Of a DNA stretch of 64,000 nucleotides, positions 28,388 to 37,400 are shown piece by piece. The stretch is from Thermoplasmata archaeon (GTDB taxonomy: Archaea > Thermoplasmatota > Thermoplasmata > Lutacidiplasmatales > UBA184), in contig JBGOSQ010000001.1 in NCBI GenBank assembly GCA_041476045.1, positions 8,846 through 72,845 on the forward strand, in the 5' to 3' direction. Each line of letters starts with the position of its first letter. Within the stretch, counting starts at the first letter, position 1. Under the pieces are notes generated by a model. It saw only the letters and a list, made by a program, of their open reading frames with translations, was not told where the DNA came from and did no database searches. The position numbers were made by a program, and so were the translations under genes.

Positions 28388-28569
28388 GCGAGACGCTGCT
28401 GCACGTCTGCCGCGCCTGCGAGCGCTACACGCTCCAAATAAAGTGCCCGAACTGCCACCAACCGACCCGCTCCCCCCACCCAGCGCGCTTTTCTCCTCAG
28501 GACCGTTACGGGGAGTACCGACGACGATTGTACGCGAGCCAGCGCACGACCGCCTCCGGTAGTAGCTAG
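28384..28569 (+). CDS. nop10: H/ACA RNP protein Nop10
   Basis: CRACERYTL...CPNC zinc ribbon. ATGA overlap with eif2a. Conserved aIF2a-Nop10 pair. Confidence 0.75.
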   Translation: MSETLLHVCRACERYTLQIKCPNCHQPTRSPHPARFSPQDRYGEYRRRLYASQRTTASGSS

Positions 28570-28577
28570 GAGAACTA

Positions 28578-29108
28578 ATGGTGATGTCCGCCGTCATGCA
28601 CCGCATCAAGGTCGTCAACGACATCAGCGAGCTCGTTCCGGTCCTGCGGGCCGTCGACACTCCCGTGAAGCTCAAGCTGGTCCAGCGCCTCGCCGATAGC
28701 TGGCTCACGGCCGAGGACGTCGAGCGCGAGTTCGGGAAGGAGGGCGTCAAGGCGCTCGCCTTCTTCGAGAAGCTCAAGCTCATCGACACGCGCTGGGTGG
28801 CGCGCGAGGGCCGCCGGCAGCCGGACAAGTCCTACCACTTCTACTACTCGACGATCAACATCAACACGACGGCCCCGCTCCAGGAGGTCTCGGAGATCCT
28901 CTCGATCGCCAGCATGAGCAACAAGGAGTACGAGAAGCTCGAGGAGCGGATCTTCGGCGCCGTCGGCGATGGCGGCCGGTTCTTCTCCGATATCGCGGAA
29001 GAGCTCGGAATGAGCCCGACGCGGCTCAAGGGCCTCGTCAAGCGCTCGGACAAGCTCGAGTACCGCGGACACCGGGTCGAACGGTTCCATGCCACCCCGG
29101 CGACCTAG
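28578..29108 (+). CDS. putative wHTH (ArsR/TrmB-like) DNA-binding protein
   Basis: N-terminal HTH-like segment (LKLVQRLADSWLTAEDVEREFG...) and a second helical domain; overlaps trm56 by 20 nt. Confidence 0.35.
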   Translation: MVMSAVMHRIKVVNDISELVPVLRAVDTPVKLKLVQRLADSWLTAEDVEREFGKEGVKALAFFEKLKLIDTRWVAREGRRQPDKSYHFYYSTININTTAPLQEVSEILSIASMSNKEYEKLEERIFGAVGDGGRFFSDIAEELGMSPTRLKGLVKRSDKLEYRGHRVERFHATPAT

Positions 29109-29646
29109 GTCGACCGGACCGGCGATCTCGGTCCTGCGGCTCGGCCACCGGGCGGGGCGGGATCCCCGCCTCACCACCCACGTGGCGCTCACCGCCCGGG
29201 CCTTCGGTGCGGAGCGGCTCTACCTCCATCCGCCGGACCCGGCGCTCGCGGAGCGCGTCGCCGCGGTCGGACGTACCTGGGGGGGCGGCTTCGAAATCCT
29301 CGGCGCCCCCGACTGGCGTTCGGTCGTTCGATCGTTCGACGGGGGGGTGGTGCACCTGACGATGTACGGCGAACCGATGGCGAAGCGATTGCCCTTGCTG
29401 CGCCGGCAACATCGCCTGCTCGTGGTCGTCGGTGGGGCGAAGGTTCCGTCGGAGGCGTACGAGCGCGCGACGTGGAACGTAGCGGTGGGGCATCAGCCCC
29501 ACAGCGAGGTGGCCGCGCTCGCGGTGCTCCTGGAACGTCTCCGGGGCGTCCCCGGACCGGGGCCCTGGTCCGGCGCGCTCCGCACCGTCGTACCGCAGGC
29601 CCGGGGAAAGAGGGTCGTCGGTCCGACCGGGAGCGCGTCGCCGTGA
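29089..29646 (+). CDS. trm56: tRNA (cytidine56-2'-O)-methyltransferase aTrm56
   Basis: ISVLRLGHRAGRDPRLTTHVALTARAFGA matches the aTrm56 SPOUT signature. Confidence 0.75.
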   Translation: MPPRRPRSTGPAISVLRLGHRAGRDPRLTTHVALTARAFGAERLYLHPPDPALAERVAAVGRTWGGGFEILGAPDWRSVVRSFDGGVVHLTMYGEPMAKRLPLLRRQHRLLVVVGGAKVPSEAYERATWNVAVGHQPHSEVAALAVLLERLRGVPGPGPWSGALRTVVPQARGKRVVGPTGSASP

Positions 29647-30617
29647 CGGAGGCGTCGATCCCCGCGTCGCCGCTGCCGCTCTCGGCCCGGGCGCCAGGGA
29701 AGTGCATCATCTTCGGCGAGCATGCGGTGGTCCACGGGCGACCGGAGCTCGTCCTCGCGATCGACCTCACGACGCAGGTCGTCGTCCGCGCGGCGGAGTT
29801 CGCCCGCCTCGACGGGGACGCAGATGCGGCGCGCGCCCACCCGTACCTCCGCGAGGCGATGCGCCGTCTGTGGCCCGAAGGGGCGGAACCGCTCGAATGG
29901 ACGGCGGTCAGTCGCCTCCCGAAGGCCGCGGGCCTCGGCTCCTCGGCCGCCTTCACGGCGGCGGTCGCCACGGCGCTCCTCGCGGCACGCGGCGGCGCCG
30001 ACCGATCGATCCTCGCCGAACAGAGCTTTGCCATCGAGCGCGGCGCGCAGGGCGTCGGGAGCCCGGGGGATACGTCGGCGAGCGTCGCCGGCGGGCTCAT
30101 CGCGATCAACGGCGGCGAGGGCCCGCCCCTCTGGGAGCTTCAGGCCGACGACCAGCGATGGCTGGTCCGGCGCGTGGCGGACCCCGGGTGGGTCTGGCTC
30201 GTGGCGTACACGGGGGTGCCCCGGTCGACGGCCGATGCGGTCCGCGCGGTCGGGCGACGGTTGGCCGAGCCGGACGGTCCCAAGCTGCTCGATTCCTTCG
30301 CGGACGTCGCGACGCGGGGCATCGAGGCGGTCCGTCGTGAGGACCGCCCCGAGACGGGCCGTTGGATGAACGAGAACCAGCGTCTCCTTCGGGAGGTCGG
30401 CGTTTCGCACCCTCGGATCGAGGCGCTCCTGGAGGCGCTGGGACCGTCGGTCGAGGGCGCTAAGCTCACGGGGGCCGGTGCCGGCGGATCGATCGTCGCG
30501 CTGCCGAAACCCGGGCGCGAGATCGAGGCGCAGCGCCGTATCGAACGTGCGGGCGGCCATCCGTACGTTGTGCGCGCCGCGCCGAGCGGCGCGATCGTGA
30601 TCCCCGCGCCGCCCTGA
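29643..30617 (+). CDS. mvk: mevalonate kinase
   Basis: GHMP kinase motifs (APGKCIIFGEHAVVHG; PKAAGLGSSAA). GTG overlaps the trm56 stop (GTGA). Confidence 0.8.
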   Translation: MTEASIPASPLPLSARAPGKCIIFGEHAVVHGRPELVLAIDLTTQVVVRAAEFARLDGDADAARAHPYLREAMRRLWPEGAEPLEWTAVSRLPKAAGLGSSAAFTAAVATALLAARGGADRSILAEQSFAIERGAQGVGSPGDTSASVAGGLIAINGGEGPPLWELQADDQRWLVRRVADPGWVWLVAYTGVPRSTADAVRAVGRRLAEPDGPKLLDSFADVATRGIEAVRREDRPETGRWMNENQRLLREVGVSHPRIEALLEALGPSVEGAKLTGAGAGGSIVALPKPGREIEAQRRIERAGGHPYVVRAAPSGAIVIPAPP

Positions 30618-30622
30618 GCGGT

Positions 30623-31819
30623 CTACTTCCGCGCGACGATCCGGACGACGGAGCCCGGGTCGAGCGGGTGGTCGGCGGCGAGGGCGCGGTGCGTCCTCCC
30701 GTCGATCGCGCGGATGAAGTGCTCGCCCAGGTCGGTGTGGACCCGGTACGCCACCGCGCGCGCGGGCGTATGTAGGGGCACGATGATCGCGTCGGGGAGA
30801 ACGCGCCCGCGCGAGTCGGTCCATCGCTGCTCGTCCTCGACGGGGAAGACGACCATCTGCGCGAGTCGGTCGAAGACCATCCGTTCGAGAACGGGCTGTA
30901 CCCCCGTCGACCCCCATCGTTCGAGGAGCGTGCGGATCTCCGAGAGCGCGTGCCGCTGCGCCGCGGTGAGCCGCCCCGGGTCGGTCTCGCGGAAGGTGGC
31001 GTCGCCCGGCCGGTACGCCACGAGGTTGGCGCGCGCCGCGCGACGGAGCGTGAGCTCGGCCTCGGCCATCGTGGCCGCGACCGGTGTCGGCGCGATCCGT
31101 TCCTTGAGGTCGGCGAAGGCGTCGGGCTGGATCCGGTCGACCTTGTTCGCGGCGACGAGGCGCGGTTTCGCGGCGATGAGCAGCGCCTCCGCGAGCGCGC
31201 GCCGCTCGGCGCGCGTCCACAACGAGGGACGGGCCCGATCGACGGGTGAGTTCCGCAGGGCGGTCGCGATCGCATGCGGACCGATCGAGAGGCCGGTGAG
31301 CCGCGTTTGGAGGAACTCCTCGACCTTCGATCCCTCGAGCTCGACGCTCTTGGCATAGCGATCGAAGTCCTTCGAGAGGATCCCGTTGATCCAGTCGATG
31401 AGCTCCTCCTGGAGCCAAAGGACCTCCTCCGAGGGATCCTGGCTCCCGACCGGTGCGAGGGTCCCGTCGGCGGTGGTGCCGCCCGAGGCGTCGACGACCT
31501 GGAGGAATCCGTCGGCCGCGCGCAGGTCATCGAGGAACTTGTGTCCGAGCCCTTTCCCCTCGTGCGCGCCGGGGACAAGTCCGGGAACGTCGACCAGGTT
31601 CACCGGTACCCATCGGGTCCCGTCGACGCATTTCGCGTTGCCCGGCGTGCACGCCGTACCCTTTTCCGTGTGCGGGCAGGGCACGCGGACGGCTCCGACA
31701 CCGCGGTTGGGCTCGGTCGTCGTGAAGGGGTACGGGGCCATCGGGACGTCGAGGAGTGTCAGGGCGTTGAACAACGTCGACTTCCCGACGTTCGGTTTGC
31801 CGACGACACCGACCTCCAT
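30623..31819 (-). CDS. Obg/YchF-like GTPase
   Basis: G1 box VGVVGKPNVGKSTLFNALT and G3 DVPGLV. Confidence 0.7.
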   Translation of the reverse strand: MEVGVVGKPNVGKSTLFNALTLLDVPMAPYPFTTTEPNRGVGAVRVPCPHTEKGTACTPGNAKCVDGTRWVPVNLVDVPGLVPGAHEGKGLGHKFLDDLRAADGFLQVVDASGGTTADGTLAPVGSQDPSEEVLWLQEELIDWINGILSKDFDRYAKSVELEGSKVEEFLQTRLTGLSIGPHAIATALRNSPVDRARPSLWTRAERRALAEALLIAAKPRLVAANKVDRIQPDAFADLKERIAPTPVAATMAEAELTLRRAARANLVAYRPGDATFRETDPGRLTAAQRHALSEIRTLLERWGSTGVQPVLERMVFDRLAQMVVFPVEDEQRWTDSRGRVLPDAIIVPLHTPARAVAYRVHTDLGEHFIRAIDGRTHRALAADHPLDPGSVVRIVARK

Positions 31820-31916
31820 ATCGACCGTCCGAGAACGAGGGTCGCACAGAGAGGCGGTAGTTGAGCCTTGAGGAGCCGTCCCCTCGGGGGACGGGTGGCC
31901 TCCGCCGCCCTCTCAC

Positions 31917-32288
31917 TTGTTCCTGGGGTTCCAAATAGGGCGTTCCGCGAATCCACGGCGAAGAGCGATGGCCGACTCCGAGCCCCTGCCCCAGATCGCC
32001 CGAGCCCGGTGGCCGCCGCCTCCCCCTCCGACGCCGCGGATGCCGCCGGACGCCCGATGGTCGCAGACCTCCCCCGTCGTCGGCCGCGTTGCGACGCGCG
32101 TGCGGGGTGCGATCGACTACCTGCGTGCCCGGCCGATCCTTGTACTCCTTCTGATGTCGCCCGGTCTCCCGGAGTACCTTTCCGGGTCGAGCCCGCTCAA
32201 CGCAATCGCGCTGAACCCCGCGTGGTTCGTGCTTCAGCTCGGCCTCAATCTCGGCCTCTACGGCCCCGGCGTCCTGCTGATCCGGTAG
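31917..32288 (+). CDS. N-terminal portion of a membrane protein, separated from the next ORF by a single in-frame TAG
   Basis: Ends with TM segments. TAG at 32286..32288 is in the same frame as ORF 32295..32900. Confidence 0.3.
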   Translation: MFLGFQIGRSANPRRRAMADSEPLPQIARARWPPPPPPTPRMPPDARWSQTSPVVGRVATRVRGAIDYLRARPILVLLLMSPGLPEYLSGSSPLNAIALNPAWFVLQLGLNLGLYGPGVLLIR

Positions 32289-32294
32289 GCGTCC

Positions 32295-32900
32295 GTGCGA
32301 TGGAAAAAGGGCCTCATCTCGGTCCTCCTGCTCGGTGCCGCGTATGGGATCCTCGAGGAAGGGATCGCACTCAGCACCTTGTTCAACCCCTCCGCGAGCG
32401 TCGTCGGCGGTCTCGGGAGCTATGGGCATTTCATGGGCGTCAACACCGTCTGGGTGCCAGTCGTTCTGATGGTGCACATGGTCTTCAGCATCGGTCTGCC
32501 GATCTTCCTCCTCGGGATGGCGCTCCCCGAGACGCGGGGGAAGAGACTCCTCACGAACCGCGGCATCACCATGGCCTTCGCAGTGTTGGCCACGGACGTC
32601 CTGGTGCTCGTGCTGTTCGTCTATGCCGCGGCGCACTTCTGGATGGGTTGGCCGATCTTCGCGGGAAGCTTCGCGGCGATCGCCGGGCTCACCCTCGCGG
32701 CGTACCGGTGGCCCGCGGAATCCGTCATGCCGACGCGTCCTGCGCGTCCGGGAGGGCTATGGCCGCCCGCGATCATGGGCGTGCTGCTCTTCGTGGGCGT
32801 GATTTTCGCCCAGCGACTTGGCGAATCGTGGGGGGCTCCCCCCTTCGCCGTGATCACCGTCGTCATCGCGGTCGAGCTCGCGATCGGGCTGTATGCGTAA
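32295..32900 (+). CDS. integral membrane protein (CPBP/Abi-like EE motif?), possibly continuous with 31917..32288
   Basis: Five to six TM helices; GILEEGIALSTLF and a His-containing HMVFSIGLP segment. Confidence 0.5.
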   Translation: MRWKKGLISVLLLGAAYGILEEGIALSTLFNPSASVVGGLGSYGHFMGVNTVWVPVVLMVHMVFSIGLPIFLLGMALPETRGKRLLTNRGITMAFAVLATDVLVLVLFVYAAAHFWMGWPIFAGSFAAIAGLTLAAYRWPAESVMPTRPARPGGLWPPAIMGVLLFVGVIFAQRLGESWGAPPFAVITVVIAVELAIGLYA

Positions 32901-33130
32901 GGGTACCTTCGGGGGGCCGGGAACGAGCGTCGCCAGCTCTCCTTCGCCCTCGGACTGCTCGCCCCCATCGTCGTTTTCGGCTTCTTGGCACAGTATCAGC
33001 TCGACCTCGTCCTGTTCGCCGACGCGGCCATCGTCCTGTGGTTCGTGCGTCTGCTGCGGGCGTACGACGGCACACCGGAACGCACGAGGGATTGGCGGTC
33101 GTCGGGCGCCCACCCGGAGCGCGGCGTCGC

Positions 33131-33685
33131 CTAGGTCGAATAGTCCGGGCTCGACTCGGCGAACCCCTCGGAGCGATTGAGCGAGAGCGCCATCGCGAAG
33201 AGCAGGTCGCTCACACGGTTGGCCCACTGGAGGAGCTCGGGGGAGATCGGCTCGACCCGGTGCAAGGCCCGCATCTCCCGCTCGGCGCGCCGCGCCACGG
33301 TCCGCGCGACGTGGAGCTCGGTCGCCGCCGGACCGCCGCGCGCGAGCACGAACGTCGAGACGGGGTCGAAGGTGCCGACGAGGCGGTCGATCTCGCGCTC
33401 GGCGCGTAGGACGTGGCGGCTCTCGATGCGGTGGGCGGGCGGCGACCCGCCCAGCGGTGTCGCCAGCTCCGCCTGCGCGACGTACAGCTCGTGCTGGAGC
33501 CTCAGGATCGTCTCGCTGAGGTCCCCGCGGGATCCGGGGAGCTCGGCGGCCGCACGGCCCAGGTGGGCCCCGAGCTCGTCGAGCGTCCCGAAAGCGGCGA
33601 GGCGCGGTGAGTCCTTCGCTACGCGGGCGCCGCCCAGGAGACCGGTCTCGCCGCGGTCGCCGGCGCGGGTGTATAGCCGCGTAAT
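33131..33685 (-). CDS. ATP:cob(I)alamin adenosyltransferase, PduO type
   Basis: A minus-strand frame not listed as a full ORF reads (I/M)TRLYTRAGDRGETGLLGGARVAKDSPRLAAFGTLDELGAHLG...NRVSDLLFAMA. The conserved N-terminus begins immediately after a TGA with ATT at 33685..33683 preceded by GAGG. No ATG/GTG/TTG is present. Confidence 0.55.
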   Translation of the reverse strand: MTRLYTRAGDRGETGLLGGARVAKDSPRLAAFGTLDELGAHLGRAAAELPGSRGDLSETILRLQHELYVAQAELATPLGGSPPAHRIESRHVLRAEREIDRLVGTFDPVSTFVLARGGPAATELHVARTVARRAEREMRALHRVEPISPELLQWANRVSDLLFAMALSLNRSEGFAESSPDYST

Positions 33686-33873
33686 CTCGCCTCAGGTCGT
33701 CCCGGGAGGGCATCGAGCGGAGAGCTCAGTCCGTGGACGGGACAGAACGAGATGTGCAGCACCTCATTATGCTTGGCGTCCTGACGGCACAGTCGGCAGA
33801 TAAATCCGCTTCGCTCACTCCACGCTACGACACCGAACGTTTCCATTTCGACACCCCAATTTTCCCCGGAGAT

Positions 33874-34284
33874 CTAGCGCTCGAGGAGTCCCCGACCCTC
33901 TCGGTCCCCCCGTCGGCGCGCGCGGGTCCGCTCCGACTGGTCCCGGGCGTGCTTGCGCAACGCCGGTAGCCGGTCGGTGTGGAGCTTCGTCAGCTCCCCC
34001 AGACCCATCGTCAGGACGAGGGTGAGCGCCCCGTCCACGCTCGACGCCCAGCCGTCTTCCACGATCTCCTCGAGCTTCGCTCGCAAGGAGATCGGCACGT
34101 CGAGCGCGCTCGGACCCGGGACCGTTTCCGGCGCGCTCAGGAGAGCGCGCACCGCTTCGGATCGGCTCGGGTTGCCGTGCGCGGTCCGCCATGCATCGAG
34201 GTGTTCCAGCTCGCTCTGCGTGAGTCGCACGCCGAGGAACCGGTCCGCCCGAGAGTCCGACCGGGGGGTCCGCACAGTGTTCAA
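33874..34284 (-). CDS. ribbon-helix-helix (CopG/NikR-like N-terminus) DNA-binding protein
   Basis: RFLGVRLTQSELEHLDAWRTAHGNPSRSEAVRALL is an RHH motif; divergent from the Kelch gene across an AT-rich region. Confidence 0.5.
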   Translation of the reverse strand: MNTVRTPRSDSRADRFLGVRLTQSELEHLDAWRTAHGNPSRSEAVRALLSAPETVPGPSALDVPISLRAKLEEIVEDGWASSVDGALTLVLTMGLGELTKLHTDRLPALRKHARDQSERTRARRRGDREGRGLLER

Positions 34285-34458
34285 CAGAATACAACGATTA
34301 CTTAATCATTGTGTAATTTCGTTAAACGATTCACCTTCCCGCGACCGCCGGGTCCGTGCCACTGTGTGGGGGGCGAGAGCAGTTATCCGGTTCCGGCGAA
34401 ATATTTCCCAGTTCTAAGTGCCCCGACCTTAAAGGGCAGAACGCCCGCAGGGGGGTCC
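34285..34458. promoter_or_regulatory. AT-rich divergent control region between the RHH gene and the Kelch surface-protein gene, with direct repeat AACGATT x2
   Basis: acagaatacAACGATTacttaatcattgtgtaatttcgttaAACGATTcacc is the only strongly AT-rich stretch in about 5 kb. Confidence 0.4.
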
Positions 34459-37400
34459 GTGGTCGCCTTCCTTCTGAACCTGGGAGCCTCTCGTCTTTCG
34501 CGCCGAACCCTTGGGATCGCCTTCGTGCTCGCAGTGGTCGGCGCGATGCTCATCGGGTCGATGCCGTCCGGGACCCATCTCGCCCCGTCGGGAACTCCTG
34601 CGATGCCGATCGGGTCGGACGCAGCGGCCAGTGCGCTCGCGGCTGCGAGGACATCGCTGAGTCTCGGGAAGGGTCCGACCTCGGCCGTTACTCCCTCCGC
34701 CACGGGCGGGGGACCGGGCCCGCAGCTGACCGCGGGCGCGTTGGGAACTCCGTGGAACCTATTGTACAATTACTCTCAGCCCTCGGCACGAGCGACCCCC
34801 GCGATGGCGTACGATCCTGCCGCGCACGCGGTCATCTATTTCGGCGGCGGCTGGAACCTCGGACAGTCGGGGAACGACACCTGGACGTTCGCGGGCGGAA
34901 ATTGGACGAACATCAGCGCGACCCTCTCCGTCGCGCCCGGACCGCGGGACGGCGCCGTCATGACATACGACGCAGCGGACCAATATATCGTGCTCTTCGG
35001 CGGCTTCACGAATTCGTTCGCCGGCGCGCCGAACACCTCCTGGGCCAACGGTTCCTACGCCCTCGCCGACACCTGGTCGTTCCAGTGGGGCTATTGGACG
35101 AACATCACCTCTCTTTCCCCTGCAGCGCCGCCCGCGCGCTTCATGGGGGCGATGACCTACGACTACACCGACGGCTACGCCGTCCTCTTCGGCGGTGACG
35201 CCCTCAACGGAACCCTGTTCAATGACACCTGGACGTTCTCCGGCGGCGTTTGGAACGACATCAGCGCGTCCGTGGGAACGGCACCGGCCGGACGTAGTTT
35301 TGCCGCGATGGCCGACGATCCATCGGACGGCTACGTCGTCCTGTTCGGCGGGTGGGACTCGATAAACTGGACGATCTTCAACGACACCTGGACCTTCTCC
35401 GCCGGATCGTGGACCCTGCTGCCGGCCGCTTCCGCTCCGCTGCAGCTGCGCGGCGCTGCGATGGCGTACGACGCCGCCCGGACCGAGCTGGTCCTGTTCG
35501 GTGGGGCCACCTACGGCTATTTCGGCCCCATCGTCCCGCAGGCGGAAACGTGGACCTTTGCCGCGGGCGCATGGACCGACATCTCCTCCACGATCGCGAG
35601 CGCCCCGCCCGCACGATTCTCCGCGGGCATCACGAACATCTCGTCCTCGGGTAGCCTCCTCATGGCCGATGGATGCCTCGCCGCAGGATGCTTCAGCTAC
35701 GTCGACATCTCCGACGGCTGGCTCTACAACGCCTCGGGACCGATCGGGCGCGCGTGGATCCCCGTAGGGGAATCCGACCAACCCTCCCAACGGGCCACGC
35801 CCGCGATGGCGTACGACGCGGTCGACCACTACGTGCTCTACTTCGGCGGCGGTTGGAACGTGGGCGAGTCCGTCGGCGACACCTGGACGTTCGCCAACGG
35901 TACGTGGACCAACATCACCGCGAACCTGACATCAGCGCCCAGTCCGCGCGAAAACGCGTTGATGACGTATGATGCCGGGGATGAGTACGTCCTCCTGTTC
36001 GGCGGTTACACCGATAACGGTCACGGCGGAATTGGTTCGTACACCCTTCACGACACGTGGAAGTTCACGGCGGGAGCCTGGACGAACATCACCGCCTTCT
36101 CTTCGACGGCGCCGCCGCCCCGGTTCATGGGAGCGATGACCTACGACTACACCGACGGCTACGCCCTCCTGTTCGGCGGCGACCAGCTGGGTTACAACGC
36201 GATGGCCGACACTTGGACGTTCAGCACGGGTAACTGGACCGACATCACCACAAGCTCCGGCCCGGCCCCGCCGCCGCGCAACTTCGCATCGCTGACGGAC
36301 GACCCGGCCGACGGGTACTTGCTACTGTTCGGCGGCTGGGACTCCGACACCCACACCGTCTACGGCGACACGTGGACCTTCTCGCACGGCGCCTGGACGC
36401 AGGTCACGACGCCCGTGGCACCGGTCCCGCTGCGCGGCGCCATGGTCGCCTATGAGGCGGTGGGAGGCTACGTCCTGCTCTACGGAGGCGTCACGTACTC
36501 CTCCCCCGGCTGGCCGTTCGGCCTCGAGAGCGAGACGTGGATGTTCTCCGGCGGTAACTGGACGAACCTGACGCCATACATCACGACCGAGCCGCCGGCG
36601 CGGTTCTCGGCGGGAATAACGAACATCTCCGACACCGGATCCATCGTCATGGCGGACGGTTGTCTCGGCCAAGGCTGCATTCCGTTCGAGGACCTCGCGA
36701 ACACCTGGATCTTCAACTGGACGAGCATCAACGGGACGCTGGGCCTCGCCGTTCATCCCACCCCCCTCGACCCGACGGCCTCCTTCGCCGTCACCGCGGT
36801 CGGGGGCAACTGGGCCTACCACTACGCGTACGACGGCCTCCCCGTCGGCTGCACTTCGATCGACTCCGCGTCCCTGACGTGCGTCCCCATCGGGGCCGGG
36901 ACCTATTCGGTCGGCGTGCTGGTCAGCGACACGGCGGGCCGGACCCTCGCGCTCTCGGTGAACCTGACCGTGCTGGGAGAGGAGCTCTCGATCGCGGCCG
37001 TCGCGTCGGTCCCCGAGCTCGATCTCGGTCAGCCGGTCGTCCTGACCGCTGCCGCGACCGGCGGCGCGGGCGCTCCGTGGACCTTTGGCTACCTGGCCCT
37101 GCCGCCCGGATGCACGAGCCAGAACTCGGCGTCGTTGTCGTGCACCCCGGCGCAGAGCGGAACGTTCCACGTCATCGTCACCGTGACCGATGCGTCCGGC
37201 CGAACGGCGACGACGGTGGTCGCGGTCCTGGTCCATCCCGCCGTGGTGGTTTCGGCGCTGGTCTCTGCGTCGACGATCGATCTGAGCGAATCGATCACGA
37301 TGTCGACCGCGGCCTCGTACGGTTCCGCGGTCTACCATTACGTGTGGTCGAACCTGCCGGCCGGCTGCTCGTTGCCAAGCGGTTCCACCGTGCAATGCAC

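Noticed and set aside
29493-31418. 641-aa minus-strand ORF and other long ORFs overlapping mvk and the GTPase
   Set aside because: Antisense or alternative frame of mevalonate kinase and the Obg-like GTPase.
32286-32288. In-frame TAG as a pyrrolysine codon
   Set aside because: No pyl genes or other TAG-containing genes were seen in the window. Treated as a possible pseudogene, error or readthrough only.
33733-33969. 78-aa plus-strand ORF in the low-GC stretch
   Set aside because: It overlaps the C-terminal end of the RHH gene on the opposite strand and lies in promoter-like AT-rich sequence.
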